A DNA stretch of 64,000 nt from Amoebidium appalachense (taxonomy: Eukaryota; Protista; Ichthyosporea). Shown here piece after piece: positions 38,222 to 64,000 of this stretch. Location of the stretch: positions 10,103,962 to 10,167,961 of the forward strand of contig CAVNZM010000007.1 of the NCBI GenBank assembly GCA_963693365.1, read 5' to 3'. A model generated the notes under the pieces. It saw only the letters and a program-made list of their open reading frames with translations. It searched no databases and was not told the DNA's origin. A program made the translations under genes and the position numbers. Position 1 is the first letter of the stretch. The number at the start of each line of letters is the position of its first letter.

Positions 38222-39007
38222 AAAGAAAGCCAAACTTTAGTACACCGACATGCACTTAAGCCTGCATTGATAGAGTTCCTTTGAAACGCTTTCAGTGAGC
38301 CTAATGGTGTCATAGAAAACTCTTGCAGCAAACAGAAGCGCTGCTGGCTGTTTATAGGCCTGGTGTGGCCACAAGCTTGCTAATGCACTTGCTTGAAGTT
38401 TGAAAGGTAGAGCTAAAACCAGAGGAAACACATTGGCGTAAGCAAATTCGAGGAGGGCTAATTTCAGATATAAAGGCGGACGTGCTTTAGTACTAAACCA
38501 CTTACCCCTCCACCTGCGCGTCGCTTTTCTGTACCTGGTCTTGGAGGTGAGTGCGTGTGGATACGCTAAAAGGCCTACGTATTCTCTAAAACATCATGTT
38601 ATTAAATAGGAGCAATAGCTCTCGTGTATCCTCCTCCTCCCCCTCCCCCTTCCCCCCCACCCCACCCCCAAACAACAACCAATACCACGCCGCTGCAAAA
38701 ATATAGTTTTTGAGCTGGCAACTCCGGAGGGCCTTACAGCCACACCAGGTGCACTCTCACTGTAATGCAAATTCTATCCCGACTATGTCCTGGTAATGCT
38801 TAGACTGTCTGAGCTTACACTTAGCGTTGTCAACATACACTAGAACACACACACACCATATCATTCATACACGAGACAAAACCATATCATTCGTATGCAT
38901 ACGCCCAATAAGACCACCTATCTACACACGACAGTCACACAGCTTTACATATGTGTACAGCGAGATCTATTCCGGATAACCCCGCGAGGACTCTAGCCCG
39001 CGTCCAA

Positions 39008-39750
39008 TCACACCCCTGCCTTGATTTTTGTGTCCTTCTGCTGACCATAGAACACAGCCAACTTCACCAACTGCTCCGAATAGAACTCCCCCACCCTCTC
39101 CCTCCTTAGTCCCTGATTACTCCCCAGCTCCAAACACTCGGTGTCGTGCCTTTCCTTCAACTCTGCAAGCAATTGTTGTGCCTTGCGTTCGTTTGCCTCC
39201 TTGTCCCACACCAACCACGAGTTACGCAGTGCTTTTGCCTGTTTCTCCACCTTTTCTCGCTCTGCATTTTGCCTCTTAGCCATGCTTAGGGTCTCTGCCA
39301 ACTCCACATCCACGAGCCCTGCAAGTTCGGCCTTTTGCAATTCCTGCAATATGACACGCTCGGAGTAAAGTTTCTTGTCGTAGACCCACGACCGCATGGT
39401 GTAGAAGCGCCCACAGCACTGCGCACTAAGTTGCGCTAGGCGGGCCTCCCCTTCTTCCTGCAGGTGGACGTGAGGTTAGGCGTTGCTGGCGTGCATATTG
39501 ACAATGTGACAGTGATGTACGATTGAAAGACACAGATGCATGTTGTGCCTCAGAGAGCTTTTGTGGGGGGTGGGTAGGCAATATTGGGCCCATTTAAAGC
39601 GTATGTGGCATGGGGGTGCTGCAGGTTCGCGTGAGAAGAACGGAAAGTATCTGTGCTCGCAGTGTAATGCTAGCAACGGTGTGCGTGATGTGTTTAAATA
39701 GTAGCAAACAAGAAGGAATTTACTATGAACCACCGGAGGATAACCGGGGA

Positions 39751-39781
<31 letters not shown>

Positions 39782-40369
39782 TGGCTCTGCGTGCACCAAA
39801 TTGAAGTACGGGGAGGGGTCATGTTCACCGTGACAGGGGGACGCTTATGTGCTTTCTAAGGTGGGACGAGCCCAAGACCCAGCCCACTCGTGCTGCGTTC
39901 GTGCTTGTGGGGATGTGTGTGTGGTTGTGCATCTGTGTGCACCTTGAACGAGTGCACATTTGGCTGTCTGCACTTGTACATATTTGCAAGTAGGCGTATT
40001 TGCACTAGTACCACCCCTCACCTGCTTCTTCTTCATAGCCTCGTCCTCCCTCCCCACCACCAGCTTGGACACCCATAGATAGCCCTTGCGCAGGCCCCCC
40101 CACGTCTTGACCTCCCAGGCCAGTGCCTTGTATTCACGGTTTATTCTCGTATTCTCGGCTTCGTATTCCGCCTGCCATTGTGCCCGCTCCTTTTCCAACT
40201 GTGAACGGGTGCTCTGAAGTGCACTGCAGCACAAAGGTAAAGTCAGCTATCTCCATTACTACTTTTTCTACAAACTCACCCGTCGAGCAGAGCACCCCAC
40301 CCCCCCACCCCCCTCCCCCCGGCCAAACCACCAAAAAGCCTCCACCGGCCAACACCACTACCACCTCCC

Positions 40370-40420
<51 letters not shown>

Positions 40421-40772
40421 CCCCCCAGCCCCCCTCCCCTCCCAGCCCCCCCCCAAACCCCGCCCCATCAACCCCCTGGGCGCCCGCGCGCGCGAAATAA
40501 ACAGCAAGAGTCAGGGACACCTACTTAGCCAGTGTAGGGCTGGCAGTGGCTGGAACCTCTCCCGACGTGCTGATGGGAAAGTTCACGAGGGGAGGCAGGT
40601 AGCGGTGGCCAGGCCAGTCTTCCACTCCCTCAAGCCCCCCCTCTGGTACCTTGCCTTCTCCTGAGTCCTCTTCACCCATAAAAAAAGGGTTTGCCGAGGG
40701 TCGGTCTGCGTCTAGCTCTGAGAAAGACCCTATGGAGGTAGGTGTTGCGGGGTTTGCTGTTCCGTCTATCAT
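39008..40772 (-). CDS. Hypothetical coiled-coil protein, 3 exons, ~300 aa
   Basis: Exons 40772-~40525, ~40224-40022 (ALQSTRSQLEKERAQWQAEYEAEN..MKKKQ|GTGAG) and ~39457-39008 (EEGEARLAQL..KAGV*) join in frame through GT..AG sites. E/K/Q-rich helical composition. Confidence 0.6.
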
Positions 40773-41364
40773 TTTTGATGTAGGAACGTGCTAGACCAGC
40801 ATGTGTGTTTCAAAAGTTACAAAAACTAAAACAAAAAGTAGGGGCGGGTAACAGCTAGCTGTGCAGTACTGTAATTTGTATGCTCGTAGACTATTAGAAC
40901 TACTTGGTTGTGTCTTTTGGAGGTTCAAACATTGGAACATTTGTGAGTGAGCCTTGGAAAACCCGTTGCAGTTTAATTTTTTTGTGCGGTGCCGCAGCGG
41001 AGTTTTTTCGCCTGTGAACTTTGATAGCCGGCAATACACATTTTATAAAATATATGCGCAAAAACAGTTACAGTTTACAACGAGATATTCTCCAATGGTA
41101 TACCTTATACAGAAGTTAAATTTCTAGTGTGCTATAATGTCAGCAGCTAGATTGCCTGAAGCACACTGCATGTTTTGATTGGGGATGGTGCGATTACGTC
41201 ACGCTGACAGGTTGCACCCTCGTTTCCCAAGCTCCCCCCCCCCCCCCCCCCCCCCGCCCCCGCCCCCGCCCCCGCCCCCGCCCCCGCCCCCGCCCCCCGC
41301 CCCCGCCCAAAAATTTCGAGGTGGGGAAGGGGGGGGGGGGGGGGGGGGGGGGGGGGGATTTTTT

Positions 41365-41395
<31 letters not shown>

Positions 41396-41947
41396 GGGAG
41401 GGGGGGGGGGGAATCCGAGTCTGCAGTGTGCTTGCCATTAATTTACGGTGTCATTATTAATAAAACAGCTGCAGCATGTGAAAGTGACCTGCAATCACTT
41501 CTACACATTATTATTATGGTATTTTGACTACGTAATGATATCATAGGTATTAAAAAGGCGAATGTCGCATGCATGGATGTATACGTAGTGTGTGCTTGAC
41601 GTGTATGTGGTTGCGTGTGTGCATGTTCATGTGTGTGTGCCGTGTGTGTGCATTGAATGTGACAGCATACTCTACATACACCGTGACATTACAGTTAAAC
41701 TGTAAGTAACATTACAATCATAAACTACCACTCTGACATGCTGAACATTACTGGAAGTTAAATGTTACAACTAACACCTAACAAACTGATTCTTAAGTTA
41801 CTGTATTGACTAAGTCTTGGCATCATGATGCCAAATCCCATACTAATCGAACCTACTAGACATGCCCTACGTTTGCCACCTGACCCCAAAGCAGCTGGCA
41901 GCCACAATAACAATTAGAAAAATAAAAAACTACGTGGAGGGATTGGC

Positions 41948-43373
41948 TCACTTCCACCTATTATCCGTGACACTAAAACTGAGCAGGCGGATGCCAAAAG
42001 CGGTGACCAGAGCATACAACATGGCCTTGCACCTACAGCATTGCATGTAAGTATGACACAGATGGGGAGGGATTGCTAAAGTCAGTTGACAGACGCTACA
42101 TTGTGCACTGGCTATCGTGCTCGGGTATGTGTGATAATAACTGGGGTGGAACGCTTGCGGATGGTGCGGGTGCTGGCTAGGGGGAATCACCCCAGACTGT
42201 TGGGTGCTTTGGAATTCATCCGCCGAATCGGTTGACGAACTGGTGGGATCATGCTCCTGAGGGGCAACACCTGTGTTGGTGCTTGCACGTGAAAGGCCGC
42301 TGGGCTTGGCCTTCTTTGACGGGGCAGTCTGTGAATTACTCTGTGACTTCAGCCCACGTTTCGTGTTTCGTGCTCTCTCGCTTGCTTTCTCCGTAACTGT
42401 ACTAGCAGCGGCTTCCTTAGCCCTCGCGATTTCCTCCCTCACCTCGGCGGCCACCTGACTACGCAAACGTCTTTCCTTCTCAATGTGTTCTATTTTTGAC
42501 TTGATTTGTTTCAATGTTTTGGAAAGGATGGCATCCAGCCCCACACCCTCCTCGTTGCCCTCCAATGCTGCATGGTAATGTGCAAATATGTCCTCCTCTG
42601 TTGCCGGCAACTTTTGTTCCGCAAGCGAAATAACAATACTTTCAATCAACGCGGTCTCCGCATCCGACCATCTACCCGAACGTACCTCCTCGCCCACAGA
42701 CACATAATACTCCAAACCATTCTGATCTGTGGTTCGTGTTTGCGTGAATCGTGCGCGCCGCCTTTGCGTTGGAACCGTGGCAGTGGCCTTGCCCCTGGTG
42801 GCTGTTGTGTTGGCCGTATGGGTGGTGTTGGACCCATCACCACTTCTCAGGGAAAGGTTCCCCCCTTCGCCGGATAAATGCAGCTGCATGGTAGACGGGC
42901 GACCTGGACGGTTTGGCTCTGGCCGCTGTCCATGACTGCATGTGTATGTGCGTTTGTGTGTGCGTGTGAATGCGCGCGCACGTGTACACATGTGTGTTTG
43001 TGTGTGCGTGCGCACACGTGCTCTGTGGGTGCGTGCGTGCGTGGATTCGTGCACCTGTGCATCTATCCACACACGTGTATGCATGGACCATGATGCGCGG
43101 ATGCATTGTGTGTGTGTGTGTGTGTGTGTTGGGGGGGGGGGGGGGGGGGGGAGGGGGGGGCTGTGTGTGTGCGTGCACACGTCATGCGTGTGTGTGTTTA
43201 AGTTTGTGTATGGTGTGCGGGTGTGCAGGTGGTGAGCAGTGGGGAAGGTGGGGGGGGAGGAGGAGGGGTTAGACATCATGAAACGACGGATACAGGAGGG
43301 GGAGGGGATTGGGAGAGGGGGCTTTTCTTTCCCCCTCCCGGGGGGGGGGGGGGGGGGGGGGGAGAGGGGGAAA

Positions 43374-43413
<40 letters not shown>

Positions 43414-44460
43414 ATAAAGAGAGGGACAAGCAGAAATACCTGGATTTGGCCAAGTTAAGGTTTCGATTATAAAGTACCAAGTGTGGGCAAATAGAGGATG
43501 CAAAAGAAGAAAAGTAGCAAATGCATATCATACGGCTCACCTGTTGCCACAATTCTCACACCTGCATGCCTGGGTGCATGCCCGCTTGTTCTTTGCGCAT
43601 ATGCAACGCTCATGCCCATCGTATGCCTGCACTTTTCCCCCGCCGTTCTTAAAACCACAAAAAAAACGTGTTCTATCCTTACTGTTTCTATTACAGCTGC
43701 AGCCCTTGGCGGGCAACCCACCGAACGTGTCAGTTGTGTTAGCGTTAGACGCCAACTCCGTCGAGTTTTCCGTGTCAACTGAGTGTGATGTCTGTGTTTG
43801 GTTGTTGTCCGAGATTTTGTTCGCATGCGACAAGCGAGGTATTACCACTGAGTAATGATCTGCTGCACCGTTAAGTGATACGGGTATGGCAATGTTGGGT
43901 TCGATGACGGTGGGTGGAGTGACCGCAACTACACCGTGATTGGCAATCGTGCTAAAAATGGTTATTGGTATGCGGAGTGCGTTGGCTAAGCCCAGCACCA
44001 TCGCGTCACCGGCTGCAGAAGCAAAATGGGCGCGCCGAGGACAGCGGAAATCATCAGCTACGTATGCGAGGGTCACCCTTGAAAGGAATCCTTGGTATTC
44101 TGCTAGATTTCGCCGCCATTCGTTTACCATTAGTTCGCGTAGCCGTCCAATCGCCTCTATAGGCTCCATATTAGCTGTAAACCCCAATGTGTTGAGGTGT
44201 TCACGGGTAGCTACATGACCGCTTTGTAGATACTGATTGATATAATGCCACACCGAATGAAACAAACAGTTGCCGTCAGCGGGTGTTTCCATAAGCTCCA
44301 TTCTCCAGGCACCCAGAATTTGAAGAAGGCGTTGTTGCTGGACCTCAGGTGGCCCGGATATGTCCCTGTGTTGCACATCACAAGGAAGAATAAGCAAAGA
44401 CAAGAAGTGGGAGGGTGACGTAGGGCAGTGGTGGTGGGGTGGGTGACAGTGGGGTGGGAG

Positions 44461-44495
<35 letters not shown>

Positions 44496-45772
44496 AAGAG
44501 AGAGAAAGACAGATTATGGGGAAGGCGGAAAGGCCGAGGAGCAGAACAAGGGAAACCTTGGCGTGTGTGTGTGTGTGCGTGTGTGGGTGGGTTGGGGTTG
44601 GGGGGGGGGGGTTGGGGGGGGCATTAGATTATTAACAATTCTATAAGTGAATAAGAGTGTGTGCGCTCGTGGCTGCGAGGGAGGGTGCATGCGTGCATGC
44701 ATGGGTGCGTTCGTGTGTGCAGGTGTGTGAAAGGGGAGGGGTGTGTGTGTGGGGGGGGGAGGGGGTTAGGCACTCTGAAGGGGGCCGGGCAGGTGTAAGG
44801 GAGTACTGATGAAGGAGGGGCTATGAACGGGGGGGGGGGGGGGGGGGGGGGTAGGGATGCAGATGCTTTCAAATAGGTGGAAGAGAAGCAGGGAGCTTCC
44901 AAAAAGGTAGGATGGAAGATATAGGTATACTATTAGAGAATAATGAGAATTAGGGGAGGTAAGAGGTAATGGAGGACTTGAAAAGGAGGGACGAATGGGC
45001 AGAGGCCCTCCTGAGGGAGGAGAGGGGGGGGGGGGAGGGGAACAGGACAGGCATAATAAGTGGGCCTGGGGAGGCAGGTTGTCTGACAAAAAACTGGTGT
45101 CACTTGGGTTGGAAGGAGAGATGGATTGATACGTGCAAGGAAGTAAGGAGGTGGAGCAGTTGGGAGGAAGAATTGTGGGAAGGAGGAGAGGGGGAGGGGG
45201 ATGCAGAAAAGGGGGCGGGGGGGGGGGGGGAGGGGGGGGGGGGGAGGGGAAAGGGGGATGGGGGAAAGGGGAGGAGGCCCTGCAGGGAAAGGGGGGGAGA
45301 GGCGAGAGGGAGGAGCGGGGGGCGTTGGAGGGGAAGGGGGGGGGGGGGGGGGGGGGGGGGGGGTTCGGCAGGAAGCACCTGGCAAGCTGTATGTCTGCTG
45401 CCACGGCCTCGTCAAAGAACACTAGAGTGAAGAGCAGATGATCCGGGTCCTGTGCTGCTAAAGCAAACCCTTCGGAGCTGTGCACAGACCCAATCAGCTT
45501 GCGCATCGCACGCCGGGCGTTAAGCTTGCGGCCTGCTAGGCGCACACATGTTGACACGTTGAATGAACCGGGGCTCTCGTCACTTGACCCCTCATCGTCA
45601 TCGTCAGAGCCATCACTGTCGAAAGACCCAACCTCCATACCACACTCAGGCAAGGAACGGTTGCCATTATTGCCATAAGCTGCAGAGTGAACACAAAGAC
45701 AGGGTGAGAGAATAGCTGGTCAATGGTTGCCAGGTCTATAAAGAACCCACTCCCAACCGAGATCCCCCATCC

Positions 45773-45809
<37 letters not shown>

Positions 45810-46226
45810 ACACACACACAACATACATACACACACACATACACACACACACACCGCCCACACCCTCCCCACCCCCCCTCTTGCTCTCGGCCCCCCCCCC
45901 CTGCCCTAATTCTCCACTTCCCCCTTCTCCCTCTCCGTCCCACCCTCCCGCCCTTCCTCTTTACCGACTGCCCTCCTCTCTTTGCCCCTCTCTTTCTGTC
46001 TTTTCCGCCATCCCTCCCTCTACCCTTTCTCCCCCTCCCTCCTTCCCTCCAACCCTCCCACCCACCCATCCTTCCCTCCCTTTCTCCCTACCCTGACCTC
46101 TCCCCCTTCCCCCCTCCCCTGTCTTTAACATACACACACAGGCACACACATACACGCCCCCCCCCCCCCCCCCCCCTCTCCCCTTCTCTGTACCCACCCA
46201 CCCACCCACCCACATTACACACACAA

Positions 46227-46275
<49 letters not shown>

Positions 46276-47196
46276 CAACACACACACACACTCACTACAC
46301 ACACACAGGCACATACACACACAGACAAGCACACACCCACAGGCATACACCGTGACACACAGAAACTCTCTACCCACTATCCTGTACTGCCTCTTGACTA
46401 ATTGTATGCTTAAAGGGGAAGGGAGGGAAGGGGGAAAAGCGGAGGAGTGGGCTTTAAGTGGGTACACTGCACAGAATGGTCACACAAAACATATGGAACA
46501 CGTTGCCACACATACCCTATCGGGTGATAGCAACATATAAGAGGCAAGCCAAAGCAGAAAAGGCAGCATGCCATGCCAAACAGATCATGGGAGAGGCACA
46601 AAGGTCCATAAGATTAAGTGCAAGGGAAGGCCTGAGCGGTGAAGGCATTGGTATCCACAAGATGCAAAAGGACACACCTAACGTATTACATAAAAAACAA
46701 CTTCTAAAACGGAGGAACCACCTGTAAGGCCCAGAACAGAGAGACAGGGGAGGGGAGAGAAAAAGTGGAAAAGAGGCAGGGGGTGGTGGGGAGAGAGGGG
46801 GGAGGGGGGGGGGGGGGGGGGAAGGGGGGAGATCACCTGATGGACTCCCTCCGCTGTAGATGCATCTATCCGGCCGCCATGACGGGTTTGATGCCACACC
46901 CAATCCCTGAGGAAGGGCTGGGGAGGGCACGTGCCAGCTTCGACAGAGTCCTCATGATCCGCTATGCAATAATCAATGTACCGTGCAACGAATGGCTGTT
47001 CCAGCTTGGCATGATCTTTAGACCAAGATTTGTTTTCCTTAATGACTTTTTTGTTCACCCCATCTGGGTTGTTTGTTGAACCCGCTGCAGCCAAAAGACA
47101 AAAGGCGAGGATAACATGAACGAGAATCCTCAGCAAAGCCCAATGGCCTTGCCCACGTCCAATGCGGACGCGAGCATGTTTGTAACCCATGCTCAC
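41948..47196 (-). CDS. Multi-exon gene or remnant: OTU-like cysteine protease + CXC domain + Myb/SANT-like helix region + C-terminal Cys pairs; 5' part degraded
   Basis: TPADGNCLFHSV...ADHYSVV (OTU catalytic Cys/His). GCSC..C..CICAKNKRACTQACRCENCGN|GTGAG at 43540 splices in frame to ~42936 (..GRWSDAETALIESIV..KTLKQIKSKIEH..CSVC..CCRC). Upstream pieces at ~45680-45390 and 47196-46838; stops in 46720-46450. Confidence 0.65.
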
Positions 47197-47553
47197 ACAA
47201 AATATGTACTGTCAGTTATGATCGAGCATTAAAGGGTGTTGTCTGTTTTTATTATTTTTATATGAGCCTACTGCAATATGATAAGGATGCTAGCGCTGTG
47301 TCACACCTGTCAACTGCCAGTCCAGGCTGTGACTGCCCGTTCAAGTACGCCACCACCTGCACGTGGTTGACGTGGTCTTGCTTAGCCCGCCTTTCGAGTT
47401 TATTCCTCGAATCAGACGCCACCAACGATGAGCCACAAAAACGGGTCAGAAAACGGGTCAGGAACGATTCGAGCTGATTCGACCCATAATAGTTCGAACC
47501 GACCCATTTATGCCCCAAATAAATTTGGCACCAAATAATTTGGCACGAACCTG

Positions 47554-47714
47554 GTGACGTAAAATGTGGCACGAATTTATTTGGCACCAGCCCGCTAGCG
47601 GAGCACATCCAGGGGTATCCCCAAGCTCCTGTCGGTGCCTGGGCGACATCCTGCCCCATTTTCACCGTTTTGCAGGCTCGTGCCAAATAAATTTCGTGCC
47701 AAATATTACGTCAC
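47554..47714. repeat. ~40-bp inverted repeats (MITE-like or transposon end) with extra TTTGGCAC copies upstream
   Basis: GTGACGTAAAATGTGGCACGAATTTATTTGGCACCAGCC vs GGCTCGTGCCAAATAAATTTCGTGCCAAATATTACGTCAC. No clear TSD. Confidence 0.65.
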
Positions 47715-48834
47715 ACCCTAGGAGCTTGGGAATTGAGGGTAGCACCCGCTGACAGCTTGGCCGTTCATCCCATTGGCCAAATTTGCACCACTTTTCAGAG
47801 CCGTGGCTGCCGTGTGTACCCCCCGTGGTCCGGTGGACTGGCCGGCTCAAATAGTTTGAAAGTTTGGAAACGTTTGTTGTTGTTTCAACCCGGAAGTTTG
47901 GAGCGTTATTTTCGTGTGTTTCGTAAGTGCTTCGGCCGCTTGCTTGCTTACTTCTTTCCTCTTGAATATTTGTATAGAACCTCAACTTCATAATCGGTTA
48001 GCAATGAGGCCATTCCATTCCCTCCTGATCGTGGTGCGTATCACTGTGCCAGCGCATCGTCTCTAGACAAAATAGAGCATGCCATGACTCAGAGGTGAAA
48101 TAATTGCCGTAAACAAGTATATGTGGCGATGGGGTCGGAGACCCTCAAGGAATTCTTGGCTTAATGTCAGCATCAGCTACCCATTGAACCAGTACTTTAG
48201 TTAAGGGCATGTCGTATACCTGCACGCATGCACGGTACACAAGCCGAACTGTACCAACAAACTGCTACTTTAAACAGAATATATATTGAAAGAGAAACGT
48301 TAACCCTACGGCAACCCTTTAGTCACAGTGAATGGGTGACGGCGGTTGGAGGGGGCGGGGGCGAGAGGGGGGAGGGGGGGGGGGGGGGGGGGGGAGGGGG
48401 GAGGGGCTCTATAGCATTCTTAAACCTGCTTTTTTTTAACCTTGCGAAGTTGGGTCACTAAGCGCTAGGTTCTTCACAAACCATTATCGATAAGCTGTTT
48501 CTAAATCCGACAATACTCAACCATTAGATCATTACATAATATCTTAAACAACATACTGCTTGCGCGAAATCAAAACTTGGGCAGCTAAAACATCACAACC
48601 CAGTAAATGTGCACTTTTCTGTATCTATGGGTGGAAGGCGGGGGGGGGGGCGGGGGGAGGGGGGAGGGGGGGGGGACAAGGCAGCTACATTCTGGCTCCG
48701 GGTTGACAACGCGCGTGTTCAAGTTTTAAAAAAATCCAACTGCAAACCTCTCTGTGTGCGGTTCTAAATCGATGGCCCACCCATCAATGCTTCTACTTTT
48801 TAAAACACACCTACCCAGATAAAGTGGCCCCCCT

Positions 48835-61705
<12,871 letters not shown>

Positions 61706-63017
61706 CTTGCTGCTGTTGCCTTGCCCTGCTTATTATAGTCCTTTCCCAAGCTAAAGGTCCTCAGAATCTTTCCAGCTAACAGGCAGCAAGACACAACACA
61801 GACCACACCATATTTGGCGGAGCCCGCCTCTTGTTGTCAGAACTGGTCGGTGATGGTTCTCTCAAGACCTGTCTCTGGAGTGGGGATTTGGGAGCATTTA
61901 TCAAAATGCATGAGTAAAATTTCAATATGTTCGTGAATTTTGACAAAAGGTGGCCTTGAGAGGTTGAAGGTAAGACTCTCAGTCTAGGTAGCACTGAGTT
62001 TGCGCAAACTAAGGTGCGCTCCGAGCCAATCGCTTTCTCATCCGACTCCTCGTGTGCATTCGTGAGCCAGCGACTGACGGAAACCCAAAAAAAAAAAGAG
62101 AGAGAGAAAGAAAAAGAAAGGGATGGGGGAGGGGGAGGGGGAGAGAGGGAGGGGGGGATAGTGTTAGGGATGTAGGTTTTGCTAGATATTTCAATGACAT
62201 ACTGAGGTGCGTGTTCATCTGTTTGAGACCGGTGTTGCATGAGCTGGAGGAGTTTGTTACCTGGTAGTGCTGGGTGTTGGCTGGTTTTGCGTTTGAACTT
62301 GACACCGCCATAGAACAAAGTAAATATACTCGAAATAATACCAAAAGTGCTGCCTCAGGCAAAACTGCAATGATATGGCACTTGGGGATGTGATACGTAG
62401 CCCCTTCAACGGTGCGGCTTCCTACAACTAATCTGGTTGCACGCGGGGAGCTCGAGCACTGTGTTCGTTGAAATCTAGGCCCGTTGGGATTACAAGGATG
62501 GCAGGAACCCAAGACATAACTGGTAAGGGTACTGTTTGTATCTGTTTTCCCCGAAGCTGCCTTCGAGGGTACGTAGAACACTTCGTTTCACGGCGTCCTT
62601 TGCGGATTTGACAAGGGAACAGAAAAATCTCCGAGAGTGTAGCACTTAATGCGAGAAGCCTGATAAACGAAAACATACATGTGGGAAAATTTGTAGTAGG
62701 TGAGTGGGGTAATGCAGGTTGTGTTTGTAATGGCTTCAGTCGTACAATAAATCAATGACCCGGGTGTTAGCGTGTGCATGTGCAGATTGAGGAACGGGTG
62801 ATTCAGCCACATTCCGAATCGCACAAGTTTTGGAAGTGATTCTAAAACGAATGACCGAATATTTTATTCCTTTATTAGCCTTTGCCCCGTGGGTTCGCTA
62901 TACACAACTTTCCATATCTTGCTTCTGATACTGTATTTCACTTGTGCGTTCTCCCGTTCTCTCTCCTCTAGGGTCACGTTATTTTTCTCTGCCCCTCTCC
63001 CCCTCTCCCCCCCGGCA

Positions 63018-63049
<32 letters not shown>

Positions 63050-63171
63050 CTTCCTTCCCGCCCCGCCGCTGGTCCCGAACGAAAATGCCGGCTCGTTCGA
63101 TTTCATCCACCTACACACACATACACACACAGGGTCACCCCACTGCACTGCCTCCCCAGCCTACATATTGC

Positions 63172-63282
63172 CTACCACTTACTTGAGGCGGTGTCTCCTT
63201 TCTTTTTTTTTTTCTTTTTTTTTTTAGCCGCCTGAGTAGATGTATAACGTCGCACGTGCGGCAAAACGTCAGTGCGTGTTAG
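63172..63282 (+). mobile_element. Academ-derived MITE (111 bp)
   Basis: CTACCACTTACTTGAGGCGG..(T)n..GCCGCCTGAGTAG..CGTGTTAG; 9-bp TSD ACATATTGC/ACATACTGC (63163-63171, 63283-63291). Confidence 0.88.
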
Positions 63283-63300
63283 ACATACTGCCTGCCACAG

Positions 63301-63334
<34 letters not shown>

Positions 63335-64000
63335 ACAGACTCCCCCCCCCCCCCCCCCCCCCCCTCCCCCCAGCCTATCCTAGTGCCACGCGTGTAGCGT
63401 TGCGTGTGGTTGTGCGCATGCGCAGACTCAGGCCAGCCTGGTGATAGCCTGTGACACCAGTTGTTGTCTTGCGTGTATCGTGTCACGGTCACAAACATTC
63501 TTTGTCACCGTGTGTGTCTGATTGGTCGCGACTGCACCTCTCACCCGGAGGGGGGTAAACGGGGTCACCTCTAAATCGTTATACAAACATGATATGCAAA
63601 CTGCTGTGGCACACACTGTGGTCTCTTTCTTTTATCTATTTTACTTCAAAAACTAATAGAAAAAGAGTATGATATTTTAATGACACTCTATGTGTACCCT
63701 TGCTCTTTTTTCTAATCAAACTAATATTGGCTGACGCACGTGTCATGGACTCATTTCCTGCCTTGTTATTCTCCGATTGGCTCAGCAGCACATCTGTGTT
63801 TTGATTTGTTCATTCGGTATCACCTGTATTCCAAGGGAAAATCCTCGAACGATCGAATTCGAACGCTGTGGTTCGTTCCATAAATTCAGAGAAGTAAAAA
63901 TAGACACAGAGAACTTACGGACGCGCTCAAATGAGCCTCACTGCGTTTTTCTTGTCTCTTTTCTCTCTTATCTCGCTGCTTGAGCATCTCACCTGCGCAT

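Noticed and set aside
61776-62824. Minus-strand ORFs of 180-190 aa upstream of OPT
   Set aside because: No recognisable motifs and no consistent splice model.

Overview
Eukaryotic genomic DNA with tiny exons and introns full of (CA/GT)n, (CT)n and poly-C/G tracts; most ORF-track entries are microsatellite noise. A unicellular holozoan such as an ichthyosporean is a plausible host, but that is inference only. Host genes: the 3' end of an acidic unknown gene (+, to 5461), an RMDN1/FAM82-like TPR gene (-, 13804-7681), a 3-exon coiled-coil gene (-, 40772-39008), an OTU+CXC+Myb-like gene or remnant (-, ~47196-41948) and an OPT-family transporter (-, 61705-48835). Positions 13.5-35.9 kb form a nested transposon pile inside a ~2.2-kb tandem duplication of the RMDN 5' region. 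Copy 1 holds a Copia element (15410-22497, TSD CTGTT, RT core deleted in frame). That Copia holds a 1.34-kb non-autonomous LTR element (17998-19339, TSD GAACG) whose 5' LTR carries a complete, atypical tRNA-like gene; this is the best candidate for an undescribed system. Copy 2 holds a solo LTR (TSD CTTCC) split by a ~10-kb AcademH-like DNA transposon (25732-35688; RecQ-CXC helicase plus spliced Academ-type transposase, 9-bp TSD). Four MITE derivatives of that transposon also lie in the window.
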